Of a DNA stretch of 64,000 nt, positions 1 to 9,600 are shown piece after piece. The translations under genes were made by a program, and so were the position numbers. Under the pieces are notes generated by a model, which was not told the DNA's origin, ran no database searches, and saw only the letters and a program-made list of their open reading frames with translations. The stretch lies in assembly GCA_000092065.1 (NCBI GenBank), contig CP000583.1; one strand, given 5' to 3'. Every line of letters starts with the position of its first letter. Within the stretch, counting starts at the first letter, position 1. This DNA comes from Ostreococcus lucimarinus (taxonomy: Eukaryota).

Positions 1-1238
1 GGAGGATGAACCCGGATAAGCGCATGATTTTACTGCTGAATAAGATTGATTTAGTGCCGAAGGAGAATGTGTTGGCGTGGTTGACGTATTTCCGCGAGGA
101 ACTACCGACGGTGGCGTTCAAGTGCGCGACGTCTGGCGGGAGCGGAAAGTTGGGCGCGAGAAACGCAAACTTTAAATCGTCCGGAAACGCGCTCGGTGGT
201 GCGGACTCTTTGGGCGCGGAGAGTGTGTTGGAGATGTTGAAGAACTACGCGCGCAACAAGAACATCAAGACGGCGATCACGGTCGGGATCGTCGGGTTCC
301 CGAACGTCGGTAAATCGAGTCTCATCAACTCGTTGAAGCGAAGTCGAACCGCGGCGGCGGTGGGTAACACGCCGGGGATGACCAAGGTTTTGAAGGAGAT
401 CAAACTCGACAAGCACGTCAAGTTGATCGACTCTCCCGGTGTTGTCTTTGCGAGCGCGCTCGGTGAGTCCGCGGGCGCCGCCGCGTTGCGCAACTGCATC
501 AAGGTTGAACGCATTGACGACCCAATCGCTCCGGTGCACGAAATCACTCGTCGATGTCCGGCGCAACAACTCATGCTCATGTACAAAACTGGAAGGTTCG
601 GCGATGTCGACGACTTTTTACGTCAGGTCGCGCGGTTACAAGGTAAGTTGAAGAAGGGCGGGATCCCGGACCTGAAGGCGGCGGCGCGCGTCGTGCTCAC
701 GGACTGGAACAACGGACGCATTCCGTACTTCACCTCGCCGCCGAAGCGCGAGGAGAATAAGGAACACGCCGGCGCGGAAATCGTCGGCAATTGGAGCGCA
801 GAGTTCGACGCCGACAAAGTTTTCGCCGCCGAACAGTCCACCGTTATCGCGGGTTTGCCTGAAAACGAGGACGAGGACGATTTTATGCCCGTGCAGTCGC
901 TCGGCAACGGCCTCATCGAGGCGCACGACTTGAGCGAAGACGAAGCCGACATGGACGAGGACGAAGCCGACGACATGGAGAATGACGCTCCGGTGCAAGT
1001 CATCCGCGCGCGAGATGATTCCGAGGCTGGTCGCACTCAGCGCGCGCTCGAACACGCGCGCGCTAAAACAGCCGCGAAGGCGTCTTCGGCCCGACAAAAA
1101 GTCCTCTACGGGAACGAGGGACAATACAATCCAAGCGACGCGCGCGCGGCGAAGAAACGCGCGCGGCGCCAAGCCAAAGCCGTCGCCGACGCCGCAGAGG
1201 ACGACAGCGGCTCAGACTTTGACTGGGAGGGGGAGTAG
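1..1238 (+). CDS. Nucleolar GTPase of the circularly permuted YlqF/GNL3 (nucleostemin/Nug1-like) family. The 5' end is truncated by the window edge (the frame is open to position 1).
   Basis: The G4 motif NKIDL precedes the G1 P-loop GFPNVGKSS and a DSPG G3-like motif, which is the circularly permuted GTPase order. The C-terminus is an acidic/basic tail. The first-M ORF 6..1238 is in frame to position 1. Confidence 0.8.
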   Translation, partial: RMNPDKRMILLLNKIDLVPKENVLAWLTYFREELPTVAFKCATSGGSGKLGARNANFKSSGNALGGADSLGAESVLEMLKNYARNKNIKTAITVGIVGFPNVGKSSLINSLKRSRTAAAVGNTPGMTKVLKEIKLDKHVKLIDSPGVVFASALGESAGAAALRNCIKVERIDDPIAPVHEITRRCPAQQLMLMYKTGRFGDVDDFLRQVARLQGKLKKGGIPDLKAAARVVLTDWNNGRIPYFTSPPKREENKEHAGAEIVGNWSAEFDADKVFAAEQSTVIAGLPENEDEDDFMPVQSLGNGLIEAHDLSEDEADMDEDEADDMENDAPVQVIRARDDSEAGRTQRALEHARAKTAAKASSARQKVLYGNEGQYNPSDARAAKKRARRQAKAVADAAEDDSGSDFDWEGE

Positions 1239-1273
1239 ACGTTGTCATGATCATTTTTAGCGGCTAATTGATC

Positions 1274-2899
1274 CTACAATACACTCGATGACGGCGCGAA
1301 TTCGCCGGCGCTCGCTCGCAAACTAGACGCCCGCGCCATGGCGAGCTCGGGCGTGCGAATCGGCGACAGACCCTTCGCCTTAATCTTCGACGGCTTGAGC
1401 GACGATTCGTACTGCACGTCGTTCGTCTGCGGCGTGACTGACTCGACGTCTTCTTCGCTCTCGTTCCCTGGCAACAACGGCTCGTAGTGCGCCGCCTCTT
1501 CGTCGTCGTCAGAATCACTCTCACTCTCGTTCTCGCCGTTGTCATCGCGAGGCGACATCTCTTGTCGAGGCAACCACACGTGCACGCGTCCAGCGAGCCA
1601 CGCCACGCGCCACGCGTTCAGCGCCAACTTCGCCGTCCAAATGCCCTTCAGACTTACCAGCGGGCGATTCGCGAGATACAGCGTCGGCAAGAAAACCAAA
1701 CCAACCCCGGTGGCCATGACTTCGCGAACGAACGAGAAACTGTGCGTGGCGTAGATGAATCCATCATACACGAAAACCGCCGCGTTGATCGGCTGCGCGA
1801 GCACGAGCACTCGCCACACCCCCGAGCCGAGCAGCGCCTCTTTCGTTTTCGCGTCGCGCGTGAACACGCTCGGAATCGCCGATTCGCCCGCCACGAGCGC
1901 GGCGCTGAAGACGAATCCGGTGACGACGCCCCACGCGACGAGCGTGTGCGACAATCGCACGAGCTCATCCTTTCGACCGGCGCCGAACAAACGCGACCCG
2001 ATCACCGTCGCGCACGTCGCGAATCCGTCGACGACGTACGAGCACACCATCCACAGCGACACGACGATGTGGTGCGCCGCCAATCCGCTCGGCTCCAAGT
2101 TCCTCGCGGCGACGACCACCGCGACGAAGAACGAGCTCTGCAACAAAATCGACCGCGCCACCATGCTCGCGCCGTTCGCCAAAAATCCAAACGTCTCCGC
2201 CGCGCCCAACCGTCTCGCCGACGTCGCTCGCGGCGCGAGCGGCTCGTCCCAACCTCGCGGCGTCGTCGTCGACACCAACCACCACCCCAATCCCGCCTGC
2301 GCGACGCTCACCGCGAACGTTCCGACGCCGATCCACCGCATCTTCGCCGCGTCTCCCCTCCCCAGCCCCAGCGCCGCGAGCGTCGCCGCCGCGTCCGCCG
2401 CCGCCTTTCCCGCCGACCACCGCGTCGCCGTCTCCACCCTGCCGATCCCGCACACCGTCCCCATCGCGCTCTCGAACGCCATCGCGAACGGCGTCGCGCC
2501 CAGGACCCACGGGAACATCTCGTTCGCCAGCGCCGCGACTTCCGGCGTCAACCGAAACGCGCCTCGCGCGCTCGGCGTCAGCGTCGCCGCGCACGCGATC
2601 GCGCTCGCCGTCCCGCTCACCAGCGCCAGCGCCATCGCCAGCGCCGCGCACATCCGCGCGCGCTCGCGATCGTTCGCGCCCGCGCGCGCGCCGACCTCGG
2701 CCGCGACGCCGTCGGCGAGAAAGTTGAGCGCGCCCGCGCTCAGCCGCGCCACCGCGCGCGCGACGCCGAACGCCGCCTGCGCGTCGCTCGACGCGCGCGC
2801 GCCCACGAGCGCGAGCTGGAGCGCCTGCGACAGCGGCGCGGCGACGCATCGCGCCGCGCCGGCGAGCGAGACGCGCGCGAGGACGCCGCGGCGCGGCAT
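1274..2899 (-). CDS. MATE (multidrug and toxic compound extrusion) family efflux transporter.
   Basis: The product is a ~540 aa polytopic membrane protein with MATE-like conserved blocks (…FGAGRKDEL…, …VFVYDGFIYATHSFSFV…). The ATG at 2899 is the first M after the Arg-rich, low-complexity upstream part of the long ORF 1274..3823. The acidic C-terminal tail is typical of eukaryotic MATEs. Confidence 0.7.
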   Translation of the reverse strand: MPRRGVLARVSLAGAARCVAAPLSQALQLALVGARASSDAQAAFGVARAVARLSAGALNFLADGVAAEVGARAGANDRERARMCAALAMALALVSGTASAIACAATLTPSARGAFRLTPEVAALANEMFPWVLGATPFAMAFESAMGTVCGIGRVETATRWSAGKAAADAAATLAALGLGRGDAAKMRWIGVGTFAVSVAQAGLGWWLVSTTTPRGWDEPLAPRATSARRLGAAETFGFLANGASMVARSILLQSSFFVAVVVAARNLEPSGLAAHHIVVSLWMVCSYVVDGFATCATVIGSRLFGAGRKDELVRLSHTLVAWGVVTGFVFSAALVAGESAIPSVFTRDAKTKEALLGSGVWRVLVLAQPINAAVFVYDGFIYATHSFSFVREVMATGVGLVFLPTLYLANRPLVSLKGIWTAKLALNAWRVAWLAGRVHVWLPRQEMSPRDDNGENESESDSDDDEEAAHYEPLLPGNESEEDVESVTPQTNDVQYESSLKPSKIKAKGLSPIRTPELAMARASSLRASAGEFAPSSSVL

Positions 2900-2936
2900 C
2901 GCGCGTCGGCGTCTGACCGTCACACCGCGACGCGGA

Positions 2937-4189
2937 TGACGGCGCGCGCGCGACGCGACGCGCGCGACGACGACGGCGACGCGCGCGACGACGCGCGCCG
3001 GACGCGTTCGAGCGACGACGCGCGCCGGATGCGCGTCGCGAGGCGAAGACTGGACGAAGGCGCGCCCGCGGCTCGAACGACGGCGGCGCGCGTCGACGCC
3101 GCGCGGCGCGCGATCGGACGCGCGATCGCGCGCGCGCTCGATCAATTGGGCGCGTTCGAGCGCGGCGCGACGAAGCTCGTCGGGTTCGGCGCGGGATGGC
3201 TCGCGGTGCGCGCGCCGGCGGCGGCGTGCGGGTGCGCGGCGGGCGCGTACGGCGGCGGTTTGGCGGCGTGCGGCGCGTGCGCGCTGGGCGCGGCTTGGGT
3301 CGCGGCGCGAGGACCGATCAGGGCGGTGAAAGATTTGGTGATCGGGATGGCGCTGAGCGTGTTGCCGGCGGCGCTGACGGCGACGAGCGCGCTGAGCGCG
3401 TGGAGACGGGGGGCGACGACGCTGGACGGCGAGCGGACGAACGCGATGAGCGCGGACGCGGCGAGCGCGGACGCGATATCGGTCGTGGGACTGGCGCGCG
3501 CGCACTTTAGGTTTGATTTGATGGGAGAGCATCACGCCGCGCTGCCCGCGGAGGATGAGAAATACATGTACAAGGCTGGGGCGGAGGCGACGGGGACGGT
3601 TTGCGCGGTGCCGGTGACGTACGACGGATGGACGCGCGCGAACGCGGTGCCGCTGTGGTACGTGTGCGATAACGATTGGGCGGGGCACAGGGATTGCACC
3701 CAGGCGTACGAAGGCGATTACGACGCGCGCCGCGGGTGGTACGGGCTGCGTCCTTTGCGCAAGTGCTTGCGAGCGCCGCTCGACGCGCTCGACGCCGGCG
3801 CGACGGAGCTGCATTTTTTGCATTTGGATTTTCAGCAGTCATTCGAGCGCAAACACGCGCTGAGCGAGGGGGCGCTGATGCGTGCGAGCGTGCAGCACCA
3901 AGTCTCCATCGATCTCTCCGCGCCGCGCGTGTACTGGAACCCGATTCAAGAGCCGTGTTGCGCCGCGCTCGCCAAGGAGGACGACGCGCTCCTGACGGCG
4001 GTGACCGTCCTGAGCGTCTTACCGCTCGCGTACCTCGTCTATCGCGACATCTTGGAGGCGTGGAAAAAGAGGATCAACGTGGAGAGCACGAAGCGGGCGT
4101 TTTACACGCGCGCTGAGCTTTTGGGCGCGTCCCGGTTGAGCGGGGCGTCCCGCCGAGCGCCGCACTCGTCGACTCGTCGGCGGTCATGA
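2937..4189 (+). CDS. Hypothetical protein. The N-terminal half is hydrophobic and the C-terminal half is conserved-looking but unassigned (LWYVCDNDWAGHRDCTQAY…).
   Basis: This is the 3' portion of the long + ORF 1487..4189. From the ATG at 2937 the codon third positions are strongly G/C and use the same NNG preferences as neighbouring bona fide genes. I recognise no domain. Confidence 0.45.
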
Positions 4190-4956
4190 TCACCCACGCC
4201 TCGCTGCTCACCGCTTGGTTCGCCGTCGCGGTGGCGACGTTCCCGTTCCTTTTCACCGCGACGGCGCCCTACGGGAAGTTCGTTCGCGCGGGATGGGGAC
4301 CGTTCATCGACGGCAACGTCGGCTGGGCGACGCAAGAGGTCGTCTCGCCCATCGCCTTTTGGCTCGGGCACACGCGCGGTGACGCCATCTTCGACGATTT
4401 GACCCATCGCACGCCCGCTAGTGGGTATGCTCGAGCGTTACCGTGGGTGTTCACCGCGCATTACGTCTATCGCGCGTTGATATATCCCGCGACGCGTCGC
4501 ATGAGTCGCACCACGGCAGCCACCGTGTGCGCCGCCGTCGGTTTCAACGTCATCAACGGCGTGTTAATAGGCGCCGAGCTCGCGCACGGGTCGGCGAAGC
4601 CGAACGACGCGCAAATCATCGCCGGCGCGGCCATCATGGCGTGCGGAGCGGCGTTAAACATCTGGTACGACACCCTCCTCGCGCGACTGCGCGCTCAGCG
4701 CGCGTCCGGCGCGTACGTCGTCCCGACCGGCGGCCTATTCAATCTCGTCGCCTGTCCGCACTATCTCGGCGAGTCGATCGAGTGGATCGGTTTCGCGATT
4801 CTCACCGCCCCCGCGAGATCCACCGCGGTGTTCGCGTTTTGGACCTTCGCCAACCTCTTTCCTCGCGCCGTCGCCACGAGGGCGTACTATCGCCGCCGCT
4901 TCGGCGCGCGCGCGTTCCCCGACCGCATCCGCGCCATGATCCCTTTCATCGCCTAG
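4186..4956 (+). CDS. 3-oxo-5-alpha-steroid 4-dehydrogenase (steroid 5-alpha-reductase / polyprenol reductase, DET2-like) family protein.
   Basis: The product is a 256 aa multi-TM protein with the family's C-terminal signature …GGLFNLVACPHYLGESIEWIGFAIL…. Its start ATG overlaps the stop of the upstream ORF (ATGA). Confidence 0.75.
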   Translation: MITHASLLTAWFAVAVATFPFLFTATAPYGKFVRAGWGPFIDGNVGWATQEVVSPIAFWLGHTRGDAIFDDLTHRTPASGYARALPWVFTAHYVYRALIYPATRRMSRTTAATVCAAVGFNVINGVLIGAELAHGSAKPNDAQIIAGAAIMACGAALNIWYDTLLARLRAQRASGAYVVPTGGLFNLVACPHYLGESIEWIGFAILTAPARSTAVFAFWTFANLFPRAVATRAYYRRRFGARAFPDRIRAMIPFIA

Positions 4957-5029
4957 CCCCGCGTCCCCGTTCCCTTTTCGCGCGCGCGCAGTTCTCGGTT
5001 CTCGGTTCTCAATCTTTTCGCGCGCTGTA

Positions 5030-5034
5030 TGTAA
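5030..5034 (+). terminator. Candidate green-algal poly(A) signal TGTAA downstream of the 5-alpha-reductase gene.
   Basis: The sequence gcgctgTATGTAAgtc lies ~75 nt after the stop at 4956. TGTAA is the established poly(A) signal in chlorophyte algae. Similar TGTAA motifs follow the aldolase gene (~18207) and ECM29 (~30436). Confidence 0.3.
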
Positions 5035-5171
5035 GTCTTTCGTTGCGCGCCGCCGTCGCTCGCCTCGCCGCGCGGCGTCGAAAACCCTCGCCAAAAACCC
5101 GAAAAGACGCCGACACCCGACATTCGCCGCCGGCCCGCGCGCGCGCCGACCGCTCTCGCCCGCGGGCCGTC

Positions 5172-6485
5172 ATGCGCGTCCTGTCGCGCGTCGTCGCGCC
5201 CGCGCCGCTCGCGCGCGCGCGCGACGCCCGCGCGGCGTGCGACGCGCGACGACGCGCGGCGGCGGCGACGCGATCGACCGCGCGCGCGAACGACGGCGAC
5301 GACGCGCGACGACGCGCGGGCGACGCGAACGAACGGCGCGTGACGATGGAACGAAGCGCGATGAAGCGCGCGACGCGACGCGCGACGCACGTCGCGCGAG
5401 CGTCGAGCGCGGAGACGACGGATAAGCCGCTGGACCACGTGCTGGACAAGCTGCGCGCGCGAGGCAAGGACGCGGTGCAGGTGCTGATGCTGTTGAGCCT
5501 GTTCGCGTGCTGGTACGGGTTCAACATCGTGTTCAACATACATAACAAACAGATTTTGAAGAGCTTTCCGTACCCGGTGACGGTGACGCTGATCGAACTC
5601 GGCGTGGGGAGCGCGTTGATTTGCGCGATGTGGGCGAGCGGGGCGAAAAAGCCGCCGACGCTGACGAAGGAGATGCTGAAACCGATCGTGCCGTTGGCGG
5701 TGATTCACGCGGTTGGGAATTTGTTGACGAATGTTTCGCTTGGGAAGGTGGCGGTGTCGTTCACGCACACGATTAAGGCGATGGAACCGTTCTTTTCGGT
5801 GTTGCTCTCGGCGTTGTTCTTGGGGGATATTCCCTCGCTCGCCGTCGTCGGCGCGCTCGTGCCGGTTGTCGGCGGCGTCGCGCTCGCGTCCATGACGGAA
5901 GTCAGCTTTTGCTGGGCGGGCTTTTTGGCCGCCATGGGGTCGAACATCACGTTCCAGTCGCGAAATGTGCTGAGTAAGAAGATGATGGGGTTGTCGTCGA
6001 TCAAAGGAGCCATCGACAACATCAACTTGTTCAGCGTCATCACGATGTTGAGCTGCGTGGTGTGTCTTCCCATCGCCATCGGCCTTGAGGGTGTTCACTT
6101 CACCCCTTCCACTATAAGCGCGGTCGGCGTGAGCGTCCAAGAGTTGGCCAAGAGCTTGATGATTGCCGGTTTCTGCTTCCAAATGTACCAGCAAATCTCG
6201 TACATGATTCTTTCTCGCGTCAGCCCGGTGACGCACTCTGTCGGTAACTGCATGAAGCGTGTCACCGTCATCGTCGTCACGCTGCTGTACTTCAAGAACC
6301 CAGTTTCTCCGCTCAATATGGCGGGCACCGCTTTGGCCTTGAGCGGCGTGTTCTTGTATTCGAGAGCCAAGCGCGCTGAGGGAGACAAGAAAAAGGCGGC
6401 GGCGGCGACGCCGGCGTTCACTCGAAGCGACTCGGCGTACAATGATACGTTCCGCGCGACGACTGGCTTGAGCAACATCGAATAA
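5172..6485 (+). CDS. Plastidic triose-phosphate/phosphate translocator family (TPT/PPT/GPT) transporter with an Arg/Ala-rich transit peptide.
   Basis: Family blocks are present: …FPYPVTVTLIELGVG…, …AVGNLLTNVSLGKVAVSFTHTIKAMEPFFSVLLSALFLG…, …SNITFQSRNVLSKK…, …NCMKRVTVIVVTLLYFKNPVSPLN…. The ATG at 5172 is in frame. Upstream of it the long ORF 4443.. is an Arg-rich GC artefact. Confidence 0.85.
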   Translation: MRVLSRVVAPAPLARARDARAACDARRRAAAATRSTARANDGDDARRRAGDANERRVTMERSAMKRATRRATHVARASSAETTDKPLDHVLDKLRARGKDAVQVLMLLSLFACWYGFNIVFNIHNKQILKSFPYPVTVTLIELGVGSALICAMWASGAKKPPTLTKEMLKPIVPLAVIHAVGNLLTNVSLGKVAVSFTHTIKAMEPFFSVLLSALFLGDIPSLAVVGALVPVVGGVALASMTEVSFCWAGFLAAMGSNITFQSRNVLSKKMMGLSSIKGAIDNINLFSVITMLSCVVCLPIAIGLEGVHFTPSTISAVGVSVQELAKSLMIAGFCFQMYQQISYMILSRVSPVTHSVGNCMKRVTVIVVTLLYFKNPVSPLNMAGTALALSGVFLYSRAKRAEGDKKKAAAATPAFTRSDSAYNDTFRATTGLSNIE

Positions 6486-6669
6486 GAATGAGAGTCGAGC
6501 GGTGACGTGGTTGTAGCATTTTCACACTTAGCAGCAATAATTCTACCTTGTCAGTACGAGACACGATGCCTCTTCGATTCGCGTCACGTTTGTGTTTGCG
6601 TATGTGTTACAGTGGAATTTCACCGTTCTAGGTGTGAGCGCTAATCGCGTCACGCTAAATTAATCGTTT

Positions 6670-9600
6670 TCATACAGTTGGCGTCGTCGGGGTCGTCGGG
6701 GTCGCCGTCATGGGAGTCGAGTTTTTTGAGTTGGCTTTCGCCTTCAATCTTGCGACGTATTGATCGAGCAGCGCATTGATCTTTTGCTTGCGCGAGTCTG
6801 TAAGAAACGCGCTCGTGCCTTGTTCCGTGTTCTGGTCAAACTTCCTCGGGATCACAGTCATCACTTTAACCATGCTTTTTCGAACAATCGTTCTGAGTTG
6901 CGACTTGGTGAGGTCTTGAACGCTGAGCGTCGTCTTGATGAAGTGCAACACGCGTTGCGCGAGAAGCGTATCCGCCGCCACCTTTGGGAGCTTCGCTTTT
7001 GATGGCATTGTATTCTTTGAACACTCAGCTGGAGACACCGCAGAAGCGAGATCGGGACCGCTTTCAGGGGCGCTTTGCTTCTGCAACAAAGCTGCACGCA
7101 CATTTGAGTCAACCACCGGATCAGGGTTAGATTCAACCATCTCGGGCTTCGGCGGCGGCGGCGATGACGGTAAAAGAGTCGACGTTGGCAACTGAGCGCC
7201 TTCGCACTTCTTCTTGCACGCACGCTCGTGCGCGGCGAAGCCAGCGCCCTTCATCGACTTGTAAACCTGGCAGAACGAGCACGTTAGCATCTTCGCATCC
7301 ATGTCGCGCTTCTTCTTGCACGCACGCTCGTGCGCGGCGAAGCCAGCTCCCGGAGCGCCTGTGAAAGTTCTGCAGTACGAGCACGTGATCGGCTCCTTCG
7401 CGGGCGTTGAGCTCGGCGGCGGTTGCGTACGCGGAGCCGGCGGCGATGACGGTAAAGAAGTCGACGTTGGCAACTGAGCGCTTTCGCGCTTCTTCTTGCA
7501 CGCACGCTCGTGCGCGGCGAAGCCAGCTCCTGGCGCGCCTGTGAAAGTTCTGCAGTACGAGCACGTGATCGGCTCCTTCGCGGGCGTTGAGCTCGGCGGC
7601 GGTTGCGTACGCGGAGCCGGCGGCGATGACGGTAAAGAAGTCGACGTTGGCAACTGAGCGCTTTCGCGCTTCTTCTTGCACGCACGCTCGTGCGCGGCGA
7701 AGCCAGCTCCTGGCGCGCCTGTGAAAGTTCTGCAGTACGAGCACGTGATCGGCTCCTTCGCGGGCGTTGAGCTCGGCGGCGGTTGCGTACGCGGAGCCGG
7801 CGGCGATGACGGTAAAGAAGTCGACGTTGGCAACTGAGCGCTTTCGCGCTTCTTCTTGCACGCACGCTCGTGCGCGGCGAAGCCAGCTCCCGGAGCGCCT
7901 GTGAAAGTTCCGCAGTACGAGCACGTGATCGGCTCCTTCGCGGGCGTTGAGCTCGGCGGCGGTTGCGTACGCGGAGCCGGCGGCGATGACGGTAAAGAAG
8001 TCGACGTTGGCAACTGAGCGCTTTCGCGCTTCTTCTTGCACGCACGCTCGTGCGCGGCGAAGCCAGCGCCCTTCATCGACTTGTAAACCTGGCAGAACGA
8101 GCACGTTAGCATCTTCGCATCCATGTCGCGCTTCTTCTTGCACGCACGCTCGTGCGCGGCGAAGCCAGCTCCCGGCGCGCCTGTGAAAGTTCCGCAGTAC
8201 GAGCACGTGATCGGCTCCTTCGCGGGCGTTGAGCTCGGCGGCGGTTGCGTACGCGGAGCCGGCGGCGATGACGGTAAAGAAGTCGACGTTGGCAACTGAG
8301 CGCTTTCGCGCTTCTTCTTGCACGCACGCTCGTGCGCGGCGAAGCCAGCTCCCGGCGCGCCTGTGAAAGTTCTGCAGTACGAGCACGTGATCGGCTCCTT
8401 CGCGGGCGTTGAGCTCGGCGGCGGTTGCGTACGCGGAGCCGGCGGCGATGACGGTAAAGAAGTCGACGTTGGCAACTGAGCGCTTTCGCGCTTCTTCTTG
8501 CACGCACGCTCGTGCGCGGCGAAGCCAGCTCCCGGCGCGCCTGTGAAAGTTCTGCAGTACGAGCACGTGATCGGCTCCTTCGCGGGCGTTGAGCTCGGCG
8601 GCGGTTGCGTACGCGGAGCCGGCGGCGATGACGGTAAAGAAGTCGACGTTGGCAACTGAGCGCTTTCGCGCTTCTTCTTGCACGCACGCTCGTGCGCGGC
8701 GAAGCCAGCTCCCGGCGCGCCTGTGAAAGTTCTGCAGTACGAGCACGTGATCGGCTCCTTCGCGGGCGTTGAGCTCGGCGGCGGTTGCGTACGCGGAGCC
8801 GGCGGCGATGACGGTAAAGAAGTCGACGTTGGCAACTGAGCGCTTTCGCGCTTCTTCTTGCACGCACGCTCGTGCGCGGCGAAGCCAGCTCCCGGAGCGC
8901 CTGTGAAAGTTCTGCAGTACGAGCACGTGATCGTCTTCACATCCATCTCGTGCTTCTTCTGGCACGCGCGTTTGTGCGCAGCATACCCTGCGCCGCCGAA
9001 GCCCTCGTACTCATACACGTTGCAAAACACGCACCGCTTCAGGACCTTCTCAGTTACTTGCACCGGCTGGACCACTACGGGCGAGAACGTTCCTTGCTCG
9101 TGTTTTCGCTTGCACACACGCTCGTGCGCGGCGAACCCAGCGCCTTTTGCACTCGCGTAGACTTGACAGTGCGGACAAGTAAGTGTGTTCTTCTCCTTCT
9201 CGAGGCGCTTCTTGCACGCGCGCTCATGCGCGTAAAACCCGACACTTTTCACGGCTTCGTACGTGTGGCAATACGAACAAGTGAGCGTTTGCTTGCCTAA
9301 AGTCGCCTCAGCAGACAAGCAGGCTGGATCGTTCGGTATCGTAGTGGGTGCAATTTTCTCCAGAACTTTCCCCGGAAGCGCAGCGTGTGTCGACGTCGCC
9401 GGCGCTGGCACCGGCGCCGGCATGTCGACTGCGTCGCCGGGCGAGTTTGACTCGGAATTCCAATGCGCGATTGAAGTTTCATCGTCCGTAGAAGCATGTT
9501 TTACTTCGACTTCTGGCTGCGTCACTTCTTCATTGTCTTCTTCATTCGTCATCGCCACGTCTTCCGTCGGTGCGACGGCCTCCGTCTCCTCGTTGGTCGC

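Noticed and set aside
1487-4189. Very long ORFs on both strands (examples: 1487..4189+, 1274..3823- beyond the first ~540 codons, 4953..6236-, 20221..21399+, 39232..41604+, 55007..56539-, 56687..59968+, 10518..12206-) whose translations are Arg/Ala/Gly/Pro-rich low complexity.
   Set aside because: These are a GC-richness artefact: stop codons are rare in every frame of ~65% GC DNA. They lie antisense to, or out of frame with, genes that have clear conserved domains, and they have no recognisable motifs themselves. Only the portions with conserved domain signatures or clear coding codon bias were kept.
4186-4189. Reading the TGA at 4187-4189 as a selenocysteine codon (Mamiellales are selenoprotein-rich) that joins the two ORFs.
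   Set aside because: The downstream ORF is in a different frame from the TGA-terminated ORF, so readthrough would not join them. There is also no homology to a known selenoprotein family.
7133-8965. Antisense and alternative-frame ORFs within the 180-bp repeat array (7133..8965-, 7284..8045-, 8106..8867-, and several on the + strand), which give repetitive 'proteins'.
   Set aside because: They are produced by the tandem repeat lacking stops in other frames. The frame encoding C2HC fingers is the only one with a coherent protein signature and it continues into unique N- and C-terminal regions.
7190-9000. Possibility that the regular 180-bp repeat array is a CRISPR array or a satellite.
   Set aside because: The repeats are contiguous with no unique spacers, the units are 180 bp, and they lie in-frame inside a long coding sequence. 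This is a eukaryotic genome. It is a coding tandem repeat.
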